Part shown: piece by piece, positions 14,574 to 29,861 of the stretch
How the letters are laid out: each line of letters opens with the position of its first letter
How positions within the stretch are numbered: the first letter of the stretch is position 1
Assembly (NCBI RefSeq): GCF_009914755.1
Contig: NC_060926.1
Length of the DNA: 64,000 nucleotides
Strand: one strand, 5' to 3'
Source of the DNA: the human T2T-CHM13v2.0 reference genome, Homo sapiens
Position numbers and translations under genes: made by a program
The notes under the pieces: model-generated
Databases searched by the model: none
Told to the model about the DNA's origin: nothing
Seen by the model: the letters and a program-made list of their open reading frames with translations, nothing else

Positions 14574-16109
14574 AAAAAGGAGTGTGTGACAGAAGAACTG
14601 AAAGGCATTTAGTGATACTGGAGCAGAGTTCAGTTAGGGAATGGTGAGAGATAGGCTAAAAAGGTACATAAAACCCAGATGATAAAAAGCCTTATAAGTA
14701 CTGTAAGCATATAATCTATTGACCAGTCCAGGACAGTTGTGAGAACTGTTAATAATTGTGCTGAAATAACAGGCATAAATTGAGACTTAAAAACCATATA
14801 AAGGAGATAGGTCTATGTACAAAGGGCAATGGGAAGCTGTTGAGTATTCAGAGTGAGGGGTGACATGACAAGATTTGTGCCTCAAAATGATCATTGTGTC
14901 TGCAGTTGTAGCAAAACTGGAGGGAGGAAGATCATTAGGCAACTACTGCAATATCCAAGTGCGAGAGGATGGTTGCCTCAAATAGGGTAGTGACAACAAA
15001 GATGAAAGAAGTAGGTAGAATCGAGAGCTGCTTCAGGCTTAGATCTGCAAAACTCAGTAACATTAGGCTGGCTGGCTGTCTGGGTGAGGTAGCAAGGGGA
15101 AAGAGGAAAGGAGGAGTAAGGATAAATTCTAGGTCTCCACCTTGAGCAAATGGATTCATAGTGGTGCTGTTCCAACAACATTAGGAAGCACGGTGGTTGT
15201 TGTAGATAAAACGGAATAATTATGAATATAGTTTTATACATACTAAGTTTGAGAGGTTATGGAATATCCAGGTGGAAATACTCATAGGCAATTAGCTACA
15301 TATATGGATCTGAAGCACATGAGAAAAGGTCAGGCTGGAGAAATGATTGGATTGTCATTGGCTTGTAGATGGTAATCACCTTTGTAACCACAAATTGCCC
15401 ATGGAGAATGTGCAGTATGAGAAGAGAAAGTGCCTTAAGACTGAGCAGATATGAATTTCACAAGCCCCAGATAAAGGCATGCAAAAATGTTAACTTTCCT
15501 TATTTTCGGAGGCGTTGTATTACATTTTTACTGCCTCTCAGATGAATGTCCTTGGTAGAGTGAATTCCTTTATTAATAGTTATCATTAAGTGCATATTCT
15601 ACAGCAGGCATTTACATAGGCTGGCACATAGTAGGCTTTTTATTGTATCTCTTATGCCAACAAATATCCAGACCACGTATTATTCACAGCAGTGGACCCA
15701 GTCATGATCAAATTAAAACTGCCAACTGAGGCAGATTCCTCCCTATAGATCTCCTCAACAGGGCCCACCACAGCAGTACTCAGGCCAGGAAGACTGTTAC
15801 CGTGTAGTTTCTCATTTCTAAGTTAGATGCTTTGTTTGTCTTTAGCAAATCTGCTAACATTTTGGAACCTACATTTCTGCAACGGGGAAACACTAATACA
15901 TAATATTGCAATGCTAGTTATCTACTTAGATCCCTCTTAGCCTCTTTTACTTTGTGTTTCACTTCTAGTCCCCTGTTCTCTTGTTTCTTTCTTGTCAAGA
16001 TTTGACAGAATCAGTGCCACATTTCACCAACACTGGGCAATTTGCCATTATTGTCCAAACCAATAAAACATGAGAGTTGTGTGTAATGACTCATATTTTA
16101 AAACATAAT

Positions 16110-16345
16110 CCAAGCTAATACTATTTATTAGGTGCTTAGTTTGCACCAAGTATTGACATGGTGTAGCACAGAGTAGGCCTATGTTACCATTTGATGAGCT
16201 TCACACAAAACTCTCCTGGCCATTCTTACCAACCTAAAAGAGAGTTTTATCTTCATTTCACAACTAGAGAAATTAAGGCGTTGAAAGGTTATTTAACTTG
16301 TCAAACTCACACGCTAGAAATGGCAGAAACATGTCTGTGAGTCCG
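16110..16345 (-). mobile_element. MIR
   Basis: ctatttattaggtgcttag; catttcacaactagagaaattaagg; aggttatttaacttgtc. Confidence 0.6.
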
Positions 16346-16729
16346 TGCTTAGGGTATCTGATACACCAAATAAGTAATTTTGTTGTTTGAGGTGTTTCTT
16401 TCTCAGTAACACTTATAGGAAACACTTAAAGGAACACATAAGTAACACAGTAACACTTAAAGGAAACACTGAGAGTAACACTCTCAGAAGCAGTAAGTCC
16501 TTGTCCTCTAAATAGTTGTGTGTGGTTTTTTTTTCTGTTCAATTGAAAGTTTTTGGAGATCTTGATACCAGGTGCTGTGACTAAAACAAGAGATTGGCAC
16601 ACCGTGAATCCAAAGGCTCCTCTGATCGATCATTATTTTATAACGGCAACAGGGACAAGGTTAATCAAAGCATATCAGGTAGAATACTAGAGAGAAAACG
16701 CTATACACAACTCACTTTTAAAAAATCCA

Positions 16730-16975
16730 TCCTTTATTAATTCAACAAATACTTAAGGAGTCTATTACCTACCAGGCACTATGCTTAGCACTGAGGTGCA
16801 GCTGTGAACAAGAAACAGTCCCTGCTGCCAATGGGCTTCCAGCTCATTGAGGAAGATGGCAAGGAAACAGAGGACACAGCACAGAGTGGCAAGTTCTGTG
16901 ACGGAATTAAATTTGTGTTGCTTTGGAAACATTTAAGAGGGGATACCCAGTCCAGACTACGGGGAAGGAGACTGG
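16730..16975 (-). mobile_element. L2 fragment
   Basis: attcaacaaatactta...ccaggcactatgcttagcactg...gtgaacaaga. Confidence 0.7.
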
Positions 16976-17050
16976 TTTCTGATCTTGTCCCAGCAGTCTC
17001 AGAGACCATGCCCTTTGCCTCATTTCTGTAAGAGCATTTGTTTTAGATCA

Positions 17051-18304
17051 CTGCCTCAGTTAGCAGAAGTTTTAATATGATCATGACTGGGTCCACTGCT
17101 GGGAATAATACGTGGTCCATATGTCCACTGCTCTGTTCTCATAGAGTAAATTCAAATCCTATTTACCTATTGGGCAATCAAGGGCATTGTGATACAGTTT
17201 TGAGTAAAAAGACATTTTTTTAAAGCCTTCCAGTTTTGTGGATTTAACCTTTTTATAAAGATCATTTATAATGCTGTTTTAAAATGTGAGGCAATGAGAA
17301 TTACTTTATGTTGGATCTGAGGAGCCTTTCGTAAAACAGTTTCATGTAGAAGAAAGTGGCAATCCTCTTCTAAAATAGCAATAACTGAAAATGGAAGTGT
17401 TAATTTTACCTTGTTTAAGATACCAGGGAACTTAGTAAGTAATATCAAAGCATTTTATAAATGGTATCAAAGAAGAGTCAACATCGATCCAGTAATTTTA
17501 TTTTGTAACATTGAGGGATAATTGGTTATTAAACAGAATCGTTCAGAAGACTTTACAAACCTTTGTTTCAGCTTTCTTACCTGGAAATAATGTCATTTAT
17601 AAAGGGACACTTATTTTTTTCCCTTTTTTATGTTGGTTAATATAACACAAAGAGATGTTTAGGAAAATGCTTATTGATGAGGTTTATTCTATCTGTTTTA
17701 AAAGCACAGAGGTTGCATTCTAGATAACCTTGTTTATTAGCATGGCATATTTTAATCATTATTCGAGACTATACTGTGCCTGATTATTTTAGCTAAATTC
17801 ATGGAGATTGCGTGGGACAGGAAAGTATGCATTGAAAAATTTCTAACCATGGTTATTTCAGCATAACCTGAAAACATCTAGCCCAAAGGTAAGTGGCTAT
17901 TTTCATCACAGTTGCCTATGCCCAGGGAATAAACTGTATTCTTTATAATTGAATTGGTTTTTCCCGCTTCTAACTGGAAACAAAACAGAAGGGGTACCAT
18001 AAATTTGAATAAGCAGAACATACTGTTCTCAACATACTGTAATCAAAAGGAGGAATTTCAGTGTGTCTCTGTGTGTGTATGAGAGAGAGGCTGTGTTCAT
18101 GTGTTTCAAGGTCAGAATAGGTTTTTTTTCAACTTGGTCAGTAGAAAATGGACATCAAGTTTGAATAGATAAAGCATGGACAGCCTTATTGTTATTGAAA
18201 TGCTTGTAGGTTCTGTGCCAATTTTCCACCACTGTTTACTTTGTTGCTATTTAAAACTGTATCAACTCTAACGGAAGAATAAATTATTTGTGATTAAAAT
18301 AAAA
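17051..18304 (+). pseudogene. 5'-truncated processed retrocopy of an mRNA 3'-UTR (parent not confirmed)
   Basis: ~1.2 kb of non-repeat, U-rich UTR-like sequence ending in AATAAA (18278-18283), 12 nt, a degenerate A tail (18296-18305) and a TSD-like AGAAATGAGAAACTA. Confidence 0.7.
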
Positions 18305-18386
18305 AGAAATGAGAAACTAAAGAGTAGAATTTGAGGTTTTCGTTCTTTATGCATGAAGGAGTTCTCACCAAGAATGGGCAGAATAA

Positions 18387-18598
18387 GGCCGGGTGCAGTG
18401 GCTCAATCCTGTAACCCCAGCACTTTGAGAGGCCTAGGCAGGTGGATCACCTGATGTTAGGAGATCGAGACTAGCCTGACCAACATGGTGAAACCCTGTC
18501 TCTACAAAAAACACAAAAATTAGCCAGGAGTGGTGGTGTGTGCCTGTAATCCCAGCCACTCGGGAGGCTGAAGCAGGAGAATCGCTTGAAAAAAAAAA
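18387..18598 (+). mobile_element. AluS lacking the 3' ~80 nt but with A tail and TSD
   Basis: Ends ...GAATCGCTTG then A12; TSD aagaatgggcagaataa 18370-18386 / aagaatggacagagtaa 18599-18615. Confidence 0.9.
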
Positions 18599-19247
18599 AA
18601 GAATGGACAGAGTAAGACTATATATTTGACATGTAAACATTTGGGTGTGTGCCTTGACAAATTCTTTACATTAAATCATGTGCAACCATTGACAGAGTTC
18701 CAATAGACTAGGCAACAGATGACAGACAGATTCTGGAGGCAATTAAAATAGCAATTTACTAGGTATGGAACACTAGAACATGAAATGGAAACAACAACTG
18801 TGATATTGCTGCTAAAGAATTTGGCCCACCTTTTTCTTCCCTAATTACTCACATTTCAGAATGAAAGAGAGATGCATCCAAAAGTACTTCAATACACCGA
18901 ATCAGCAAGTTTCATTCCAAATAGTCTTTCAACCACTAGAGTGGGCTCGTTTGATTTGCTGGCAGGGTGAACATTCCCATAGAGATGACCTCACTGATAC
19001 AAAGATTAAACAGCCCCTCATTCCAAAATCTCTCCCCCAGATTATTTAGCGGTCTTAAAATATGCACTATTTGTTCAACTTTGTAAGAACTCTTTTAAGA
19101 AAACAATCAGAATAAGACAGAGCAGGTGCTTAAACATATGACTGAACAAATGCAATAATGAATAAATGACTCACTGAAAGAAAGAAAGAATGAATGAATG
19201 AATGAATGAGAGAATAAAATATTTTTGGCCAGAGTGAAGTATAACAT

Positions 19248-19651
19248 AGTAAGGCAGAATATTAATTGTCCTAAGATCCATTTTACTCTCCTTCCTGTGC
19301 ACATAGCCAAGATGTGGTCACAGCTAAATGAGACCATATGACCAAGTTGGGGCCAACTTCTGTGACATGCGCCACTCCCAGCTTATTTTTAACCTGAAGA
19401 CAAACTATTTTCTTGATTTTTGACTTTTCTTTTTCACATGGGCTGGAACTTTGATATGATAATGACCAAGGGCTGGTAAAGCTATAATTAGAAGAAATGT
19501 GGATCCCTGAATGTCTTTATGGAGCAGAGCTGCTTAAACAACTTAGACCAACTATGAAGACCATTATACGAGAGGGAATCAACTAATATTTTATTTAGCC
19601 CACTATGTTCTGGGAGTCTCTATTATACTAGCTAAGCCTTTATAATTAATA
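19248..19651 (+). mobile_element. Old MLT1 (H/J-like) MaLR LTR
   Basis: ccatatgaccaagtt; ggatccctgaatgtctttatggagcagagctgc; ends taataca. Confidence 0.6.
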
Positions 19652-20146
19652 CAGTAAGCAGCAGTATCAATGAAGATATGGAAGGAGTTGAGGAGCATTG
19701 ATGACAATCTTGAACTTTTTCACAAGTAAGCACCTCTCTAAGGTTCAAAGGAGATATAATTGATTGCAGTCATTTTCTTCACGTATTTTAAAGCTTTGAT
19801 GAGAAATAGAATGGGTGAGGACATACAACATTTTGAAGGATTTTGAAGAATCAGTAGTATTTTTGTAGGAGACTTTAAATAGGGAATCAAATAAAGGTTC
19901 AAGATTTGGACCTGGAGAATTAAGAAAGTAATTTTACCAAATTGAGAAAGTTGGGAAAGGAAGACAGCCAGTTTGTGGCTGTCCCAATTCTTAACTTGGA
20001 AACATGAGAAAGGATTTCAAGCTTGAGTTCCTTTGAGTAACATTTGACTAACAGGTTTTTTAGCACAGTATTTTTCCATACTTTTAATATACTAACGTGC
20101 AAGAGGAATCCCAAGAGGGAAGATATAGCATGATACCTAAACTTAG

Positions 20147-20479
<333 letters not shown>

Positions 20480-20769
20480 CAATGTTCTCTTGTTATATGT
20501 TACAGCCTCTACCAAAGTTCAAATTTCAGATGCTGTGGCAATACCAGTAAAGGGGTGTGGGGCCTGGCTTTGAAAATGGTTGGATTGATTTTAACATAGT
20601 CATATTTTAGGAGACTATTCTAACATTCAACAGTCTCAGTCCTGACCTTGAGAGAGCTATCCCTTTGTAAAAATTAGGCTCTGAGAGGTGAATGCAGGTA
20701 TGGCAGTCCTGAGAAGAAAACCAGACAAGCTCCTTGATGGCCCAAAGTGGTATTGTAAAGCACCAGCTA

Positions 20770-20925
20770 AGGATGGACTTAGAACTTTCTGGAGTGATGA
20801 AAATATTCTGTATCTTGATCTAGGTGTTGGTTACATGGGTATACACTATGTGAAAAAAGTCATCAAGCTGCACACTTAAGAGCTATGCTTTTTGCTGTAT
20901 GTTAATTATACCTCAATTTTTTTTC
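20770..20925 (+). mobile_element. L1MC/L1ME 3' end
   Basis: gaactttctggagtgatgaaaatattctgtatcttgat...ttatacctcaat. Confidence 0.75.
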
Positions 20926-21159
20926 AAAAGTTAAGAAAAATGGAGGGGGGAAGATTGCTTCTGGTGAATAAAGAAAGCATTTAAATGGATTTTATATATT
21001 GACAAAATAAGCAAACCTCACAGTCTGTGATATCTTCTTCCACTCAAGTCTCACACTTGATTAACTAGGATGTCTAAAGTTACAAGGGTCTGAAATTTAT
21101 CACACATAATGAGATAGAGCCTGAATAGGGATGCTAATACAACTTAGTCTTTGGTCTTT

Positions 21160-21380
21160 AGAAAGAATTTATTGAGATCTTACTATGCACCAAGGAATAC
21201 AGAGTTTGGCCTAGATTAACTCATTTAATCTTTACAATAACCCTGGGATATAGGTACTATTACTGTTTCCTATACTATATTACAGACGAAAAAATTAAGA
21301 TGAAATACATTGTCTACATTTATATTAAATCTAGGTAGACTGTCTCCAGAACTGTACTTTTTACCACTATGCTATATAGC
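21160..21380 (-). mobile_element. MIR
   Basis: ctcatttaatctttacaataaccct..taggtactattac. Confidence 0.7.
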
Positions 21381-21882
21381 CTCCCAATAAAGATGGTCAT
21401 TTCTTTTGGAATCCAAATTTACATGAGAACTATAACATTATCCTTTCGATGAGAAACTTGAGTTTGCTTCTGCCGCCTTCAAGTCTTCGTCATTTTGCCC
21501 CTGGATTGCTGCCACAGGTCTCGAATTTATTCTTCTATTTCCTGCCTTGCCCTCCTCTAAATTTTAAAACATTCTTCACACTACTGTTATTTTTGTTTCA
21601 CTTATCCATGTCTTCCAATCAGCCAACTTTAACTTTCTTAAGAACAATAAAGACTTTGCCCTTTTTTACTCCATATCCTCAGAGTCCATCACCAGTACTT
21701 TGCACTTTAAAAATATTCAATAAATATTTGGTAATTAAACTAAAGCCTGAAGGTGAATGGAGTGGGGTGGGAAGGGAGAATTTTGGAGCCAATAGCATTT
21801 AATCAACCGTTAAAGGCCTTTCTCAAATGTTACCTCTCTGCAAAGTATTCCCTAAATCCTGAGGCTGGAGGAATGGTTATGA

Positions 21883-21934
21883 TTAGGTTGGTGCAAAAGT
21901 AATTGTGGTTTTTGCTATTAAAAGTAATGGCAAA
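21883..21934. mobile_element. MADE1 (Hsmar1 MITE) with truncated right TIR
   Basis: TTAGGTTGGTGCAAAAGTAATTGTGGTTTTTGCTATTAAAAGTAATGGCAAA, then an abrupt end. Confidence 0.9.
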
Positions 21935-21940
21935 CAGTGT

Positions 21941-23787
<1,847 letters not shown>

Positions 23788-23849
23788 CATTGTTTACTGG
23801 CATAAATTAAGCCAAACTGAGTTGTTCCAAGTCTGTAACAACACTTACT

Positions 23850-24300
23850 GTCTCTCCATTCCTAGTGCACCTTTTCGCTAAGGAACTGCTTTTCATTTAT
23901 CCCATGTGATCAAGGCCTGATCAGTCATCCTCTTGCTATCATTACTGGTCCACAAAGTAGGCAGTCAGGGTTCCCTCCAGACTTTTTTTTATATATATGG
24001 GCGCTAAGACTGAAGCTTCTCTAATCTTCCAATATGAAAACTCTGTATGGGCCACAGACTCAAGTTGGCCATAATTCCCATCACATGGACAAAGTCTGAC
24101 GAAAAGTCAAGTCAACACAGAGGAAAGCAGAGCCAGGAGATAAATAAATTTTTGCTGACATTATCTAAGCATCCAGATCCATTCATATCTGACTCATTCT
24201 ACCAATGACTTTGTCAATCACGTAGGTCAATAAAAATTTTTTTCTTGCTTAAAGTGTTTTAAGATGGGTTTCAGTCAACAGAAGAAACCTGATTAATATG
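23850..24300 (+). mobile_element. Old MLT1 (K-like) MaLR LTR
   Basis: caacacagaggaaagcagagcc; tcaataaa..ttgcttaa..gggtttc..cctgattaata. Confidence 0.6.
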
Positions 24301-24552
24301 TACATGTATATAAAATATGCTTTATATATATGAAATATGATCTTGAAATTTGGGAAACCCAAACTATATATTAAAATATACTCATTGGAGCTGCCACTAT
24401 TCTAACTTTCTGTATCTAAACTACTCCCCTGAGTTGCTACCACCAAAGACCTAGGGATGAGCTAAGAAACAAAAGCAAGAATGACTTCGATTTATTTCTC
24501 CTTTAGTTGGGTGACTCCACCTGCCTCTTGAGGTAGGTAGGTGGCTCTCCTT

Positions 24553-25183
24553 TGTTTTTTTTTTTAATTTTTGAAGCACAGGTTTATTTTTCCCTCTTGC
24601 AAAATTATTATTATCTTTTTTTTATTATTATACTTTAAGTTCTAGGGTACATGTGCACAACATGCAGGTTTGTTACATATGTATACATGTGCCATGTTGG
24701 TGTGCTGCACCCATTAACTTGTCATTTACATTAGGTATATCTCCTAATGCTATCCCTCCCCGCTCCCCCAATCCCACAACAGGACCCAGTGTGTGATGTT
24801 CCCCTTCCTGTGTCCAAGTGTTCTCATTGTTCAATTCCCACCTATGAGTGAGAACATGCAGTGTTTGGTTTTTTGTCCTTGCAATAGTTTGCTTAGAATG
24901 ATGGTTTCCAGCTTCATCCATGTCCCTACAAAGGACATGAACTCATCCTTTTTTGTGGCTGCATAGTATTCCATGGTGTATATGTGCCACATTTTCTTAA
25001 TCCAGTCTATCGTTGATGGACATTTGGGTTGGTTCCAAGTCTTTGCTATTGTGAATAATGCTGCAATAAACATATGTGTGCATGTGTCTTTATAGAAGCA
25101 TGACTTATAATCCTTTGGGTATATATCCAGTAATGGGATGGCTGGGTCAAATGGTATTTCTAGTTCTAGATCCCTGAGGAATC
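24553..25183 (-). mobile_element. 5'-truncated L1PA (PA4/5-like) with a short 3' transduction
   Basis: ORF2 end (MFSLIGGN) and 3'UTR; two A tails; TSD aggtaggtggctctcctt 24535-24552 / aggtaggtggcttttctt 25184-25201. Confidence 0.9.
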
Positions 25184-25293
25184 AGGTAGGTGGCTTTTCT
25201 TATCTCCTCTATATTACAACTAAAGAAATGCCATTAACATTCCTATCACTAACACAGCATGCACCCTCCCAATTTATACTCATATTTGTATAT

Positions 25294-26000
25294 TAGGTGG
25301 TCCCTCCTTAGCCTCTGGGGTCTTAAATTCCAAGCCCTCCAGTGGATGCCTGAAACCATGGATAGTACCAAACCCTATATATACCATGTTTTGTCCTATA
25401 CATATATAATTATGATAAAGTTTAATTTATAAATCAGGCACCGTAAGAAAGTAAAAACAACTAATAATAAAACACAACAACTATAACAGTATACTGTAAT
25501 AAAAGTTATTTGAATGTGATCTCTCTCTCTTAAGTATCTTATTACAATGTACTTACCCTTCTTGCAATGACGTGAGATGATAAAAATGCCTACATGATGA
25601 GAGAAAGTGAAATGAATGACGTAGGTGTTGTGATGTATGTAGTGTTAGGCTATTATTTACCTTCTGGTGCTACATTAGAAAGAGGATCATCTGCTTCAGG
25701 TGATCCTGGGTCATGGAGCCATGACGATTTTGATGGTCAGATGTCAGGAGCAGATGATGTCGATGACTAACCGACGGGTAGCATGTACAGCGTGGATACG
25801 CTGGACAAAGGGATGATTCACATCCTGGGCGGGATGGAGTGGGAAGGTGTGAGATTTCACCACACTATTCAGAAGGGCACACAATTTAAAACTTATGAAT
25901 TGTTTATGTCTGGAATTTTCCATTTAATATTTTCAAACCGTGGTTGACTGCAGGTAACTGAAACCATGGGAAGTGAAACCGTGAACTGGGGGGACTACTG
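25294..26000 (-). mobile_element. MER44 (Tigger7-derived) element
   Basis: Terminal gggggactactg followed by TA; ggaattttccatttaatattttc..ccgtggttgactgcaggtaactgaaacc. Confidence 0.85.
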
Positions 26001-26788
26001 TAATATCTTTCTCCCTGATGAAATTGTGAGACCCTCGAGGAAAAAGACATATTCGTTTGTGTCCCCCAGAGCCCAGAGTGAAAGATCTGTCTCAAGAGTG
26101 TTTTCTGGGGATTTTTTAAAGTTGTCATGTGAAGTATTAGTTTTCCATACAAGAATGCTTCAATGATTTATTATGATTCTGAAGTTTCATTAGAGGCAGC
26201 AACTGCAAAGCAATCACTAAAACAGATTCTGGGTGAAAAATAGTTTGCTGTGTTGAATGTAGGCTCAAGCCTACAATTCTGTAGACTCAGCTTCTTCTAA
26301 CTAAGCACACTCCTTAGTTAAATATTCTGCACAACTGTTCATTTACTTACTTCTGTGCCATAAAGCTAGAATAACTTAGGGAATTAGAACATTCTGGTGA
26401 ATGTCTTACAGCTAACCTGAAATACCTTCATGTCTACTCTCACTGCTAAAACCTCTTCTGAAATGTCTAAGTTTCCACTTTACTAAGTAAAGATAGAACA
26501 TAATTTAATGTTTATTTGATACAATATATTTTAGTGCCGTCAGGTCATCATTTGCAATGTCTTTTTGTCATTTAGATACAGAAAGTGTAGAATGTGGCCC
26601 CACATCTCTTCAGCCCCAGAACACATACCAGAATATTTATTTTTAAATTTAACTAAATTCCCGGTTGTTACTTTTGAATTTGTTTCTCTCACCTAGAAGC
26701 TGAGTGCAGTGGGGAAAATAATCAAATCAGCTGAAGGATTTGCACTTCTACTGTACTGTATTTAGATGAAGTCAAAGTTCATGAATGA

Positions 26789-27143
<355 letters not shown>

Positions 27144-28566
27144 CTATACTGTCAGTCTTTGGTAACCCCTCATTTAAGTCAGAATTGACACATTAAGAGA
27201 CACAAATGCTATTATAATACACATACATTGAGGGGCCCTACATTTTCCAAGGCACAAGGAACAGTGGAATTGCCACTAGACTGAATGCGGTCAACATCTA
27301 TATTTGTTAGAGTAGAAGAAAAAGCAGACCTTCAAATATATGTTTACATTCCTGGAAAAAGATTTGGAAAAAGATACCACAAAGAGATCAGAAGAGATCC
27401 CAGCCACAGACTTTTGGAAACTGAAAAAGAGATGGATGACTTAGCAGACCCAAGAAGCTAAATCCTAAACTGGCAGTGAGGAGAAGCGAGAAGCAGCTCA
27501 TTTTACACTGTAGAACTCCTGAAGGCCCAGGAATTACTGGTGCTAGGTACCTCTGGAAGCATGAAGGTAAGGTTAAAATCAGAATGGTTGGTTCTAAGTG
27601 TTTTGAACAAACAGTCTCCAAGATTCCTTCCCTCTCTTGGGAGAAAAGCAGAGCTCATTCTCCGGAGAAGGTAAAATAGAAGGTTTTTGGCTGGGAGACT
27701 CCAGATAAAATTGACAGTGGGAGCCCTAACCAGAAAAAAAAAAAAAAAAAGAGGATGTGTAAAAGTTTGTATAGTAAATTTTATGACCCTCCCAACCTTT
27801 GCCTCACTTGGATTCCATAGTATTGGCAGCCTGGCATATACCCTTTAGGTCAAAGATTCTAAGAGTTTTCTCTAGGGATCTGACCAGCTGCTTTGAAGAT
27901 GATGACATTGAAAGTTTTTTAATTAAATGGCTTAGCCATGCACAAAGAGCTTTCAATTAGCTTTTTGGGGTCCCACTCTTACATATAAGCAGCAAACATT
28001 TGGAAAACAACTCTAATATGAAGATAGAAGTTTAAATTAATAAGAAGGGATATAACAGAGAGGAAACAATATATTTTTATGAAGAAGAAAATCTGGAAAA
28101 TCACACATGAGCCATAATTAATATCTAGAGAATTCAAAGACAAATAGTGCAACCATTGAACAAAAATAAAATGTGTGTGTATGTGTGTACATATATATAT
28201 TCAGAAACAATAACAATAAAAAAATCCTTTGGGAATTTAAATGGCAGTAGAAATTTATAAAAGTCCAAATAACTCTAGAAGGTAGAGTTGAGAAAAATCT
28301 TCCCAAAAAGTAGGCCAATATGACCTAGTATGGAAATAAGGGAGAAAACATAAGAAGATTTCAGGAAGAGTCCAGATGGTCTAAAATCTGATTAACAGGT
28401 GTTTCTGAAAGAAAAGACAGAGAAAATGAAGGGAGGGAACCATCAAAGAAATAATTCAAGAAAATTTTCCCAAACTGAACAACATAATTTTCCAGACTGA
28501 AAAGGCTCATCAAAAGCTCAGTATGATGGAAGCAAAAAAGACCCGCACTGAATCAGACACCTCTTA

Positions 28567-29057
28567 TGTATCACATCAGATCCTCTTGGTCCCCGTTGTC
28601 TCTCATTTCAGTCGCTGTGATGACAACCAGATCTGCCAGGCTCTGCCAAGCTTCACATATATCTCACCTCATGCCAGTACTGCAGGCCTTTTGACTCTTG
28701 CCCTAAGGCTTTTGGTTGGCATTGAAGAGTGGGATGCCCCAGAACCCTATTTTACACCACACATGTTCCCACCCTGAAGTTCGGGACAAATCTTTGACCA
28801 GTGGGAAGTGGCAGCTCAAGGAGGAACTTCTTTCACCTTTCTTACCTCGGGTAGATGATCCTCAGGTGCACTCTGTGCAATAGGGATAGTTCCATGATGT
28901 CAGGGCATTAGTCATTCATCTTCATATTGGCTCTACTTCTTTTCTGTTTCACCCTCCTTGTCACTTACTCTTAATGTCTGGATTTGCATTCCCAATAAAG
29001 TAATAGCAAATAAGCCTTTGCCTCAAGTTTACTTTCTGGGAAACCAGTGTTAAAATA
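28567..29057 (+). mobile_element. LTR16-like ERVL solo LTR
   Basis: cagatcctcttgg start; tgaccagtggga; cccaataaagtaatagca..gcctttgcctca..ttctggg end. Confidence 0.6.
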
Positions 29058-29551
29058 TATCAGAATGTATCATCAAGAAATTTTAGAACATTAGAGATAA
29101 AGAAAAAAATCTTAAAAGCTTCTGGAAAGAAAAAAAAATAGGTCACATACAGGGAGTCCAGTATCACAATAGTAACACTGGAAAGCTAGAAGAAATGGAG
29201 AAAAGCTTTCCAATTTCTGAAGAAAAAAAATCTAACCTTTATATTTATTGCTACCGGCAGAAAAGGCATTTGATGAAAGTTAAAACTCATTTATGAAAAA
29301 ACACTTAGAAAATAAGGAGAGAAAATATCTTCAATCAGATAGAAAGTATTCATAAAATGTAACCAGCCAAACTATTAATCAAATAGGCAGGTAAAATTAA
29401 GGCATATAACTTTTTAAAAAGCAAACAAATAAAAATGAAAGGAAATAAAACAAAAAGACTTCTTATGTACCTTTCTCAGTTAATTGCCAGAAGATTTGCT
29501 CCACCAAAAAAAAACTTAGTGAACCAAAGGAAAAAAATATGGGATATAGGT

Positions 29552-29861
<310 letters not shown>

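Larger units (their letters stand above)
15671..17117. repeat. ~64-67-bp inverted duplication (15671-15734 vs 17051-17117)
   Basis: The reverse complement of 15671-15734 matches 17051-17117 with 3 substitutions and one 3-bp indel. Confidence 0.92.
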
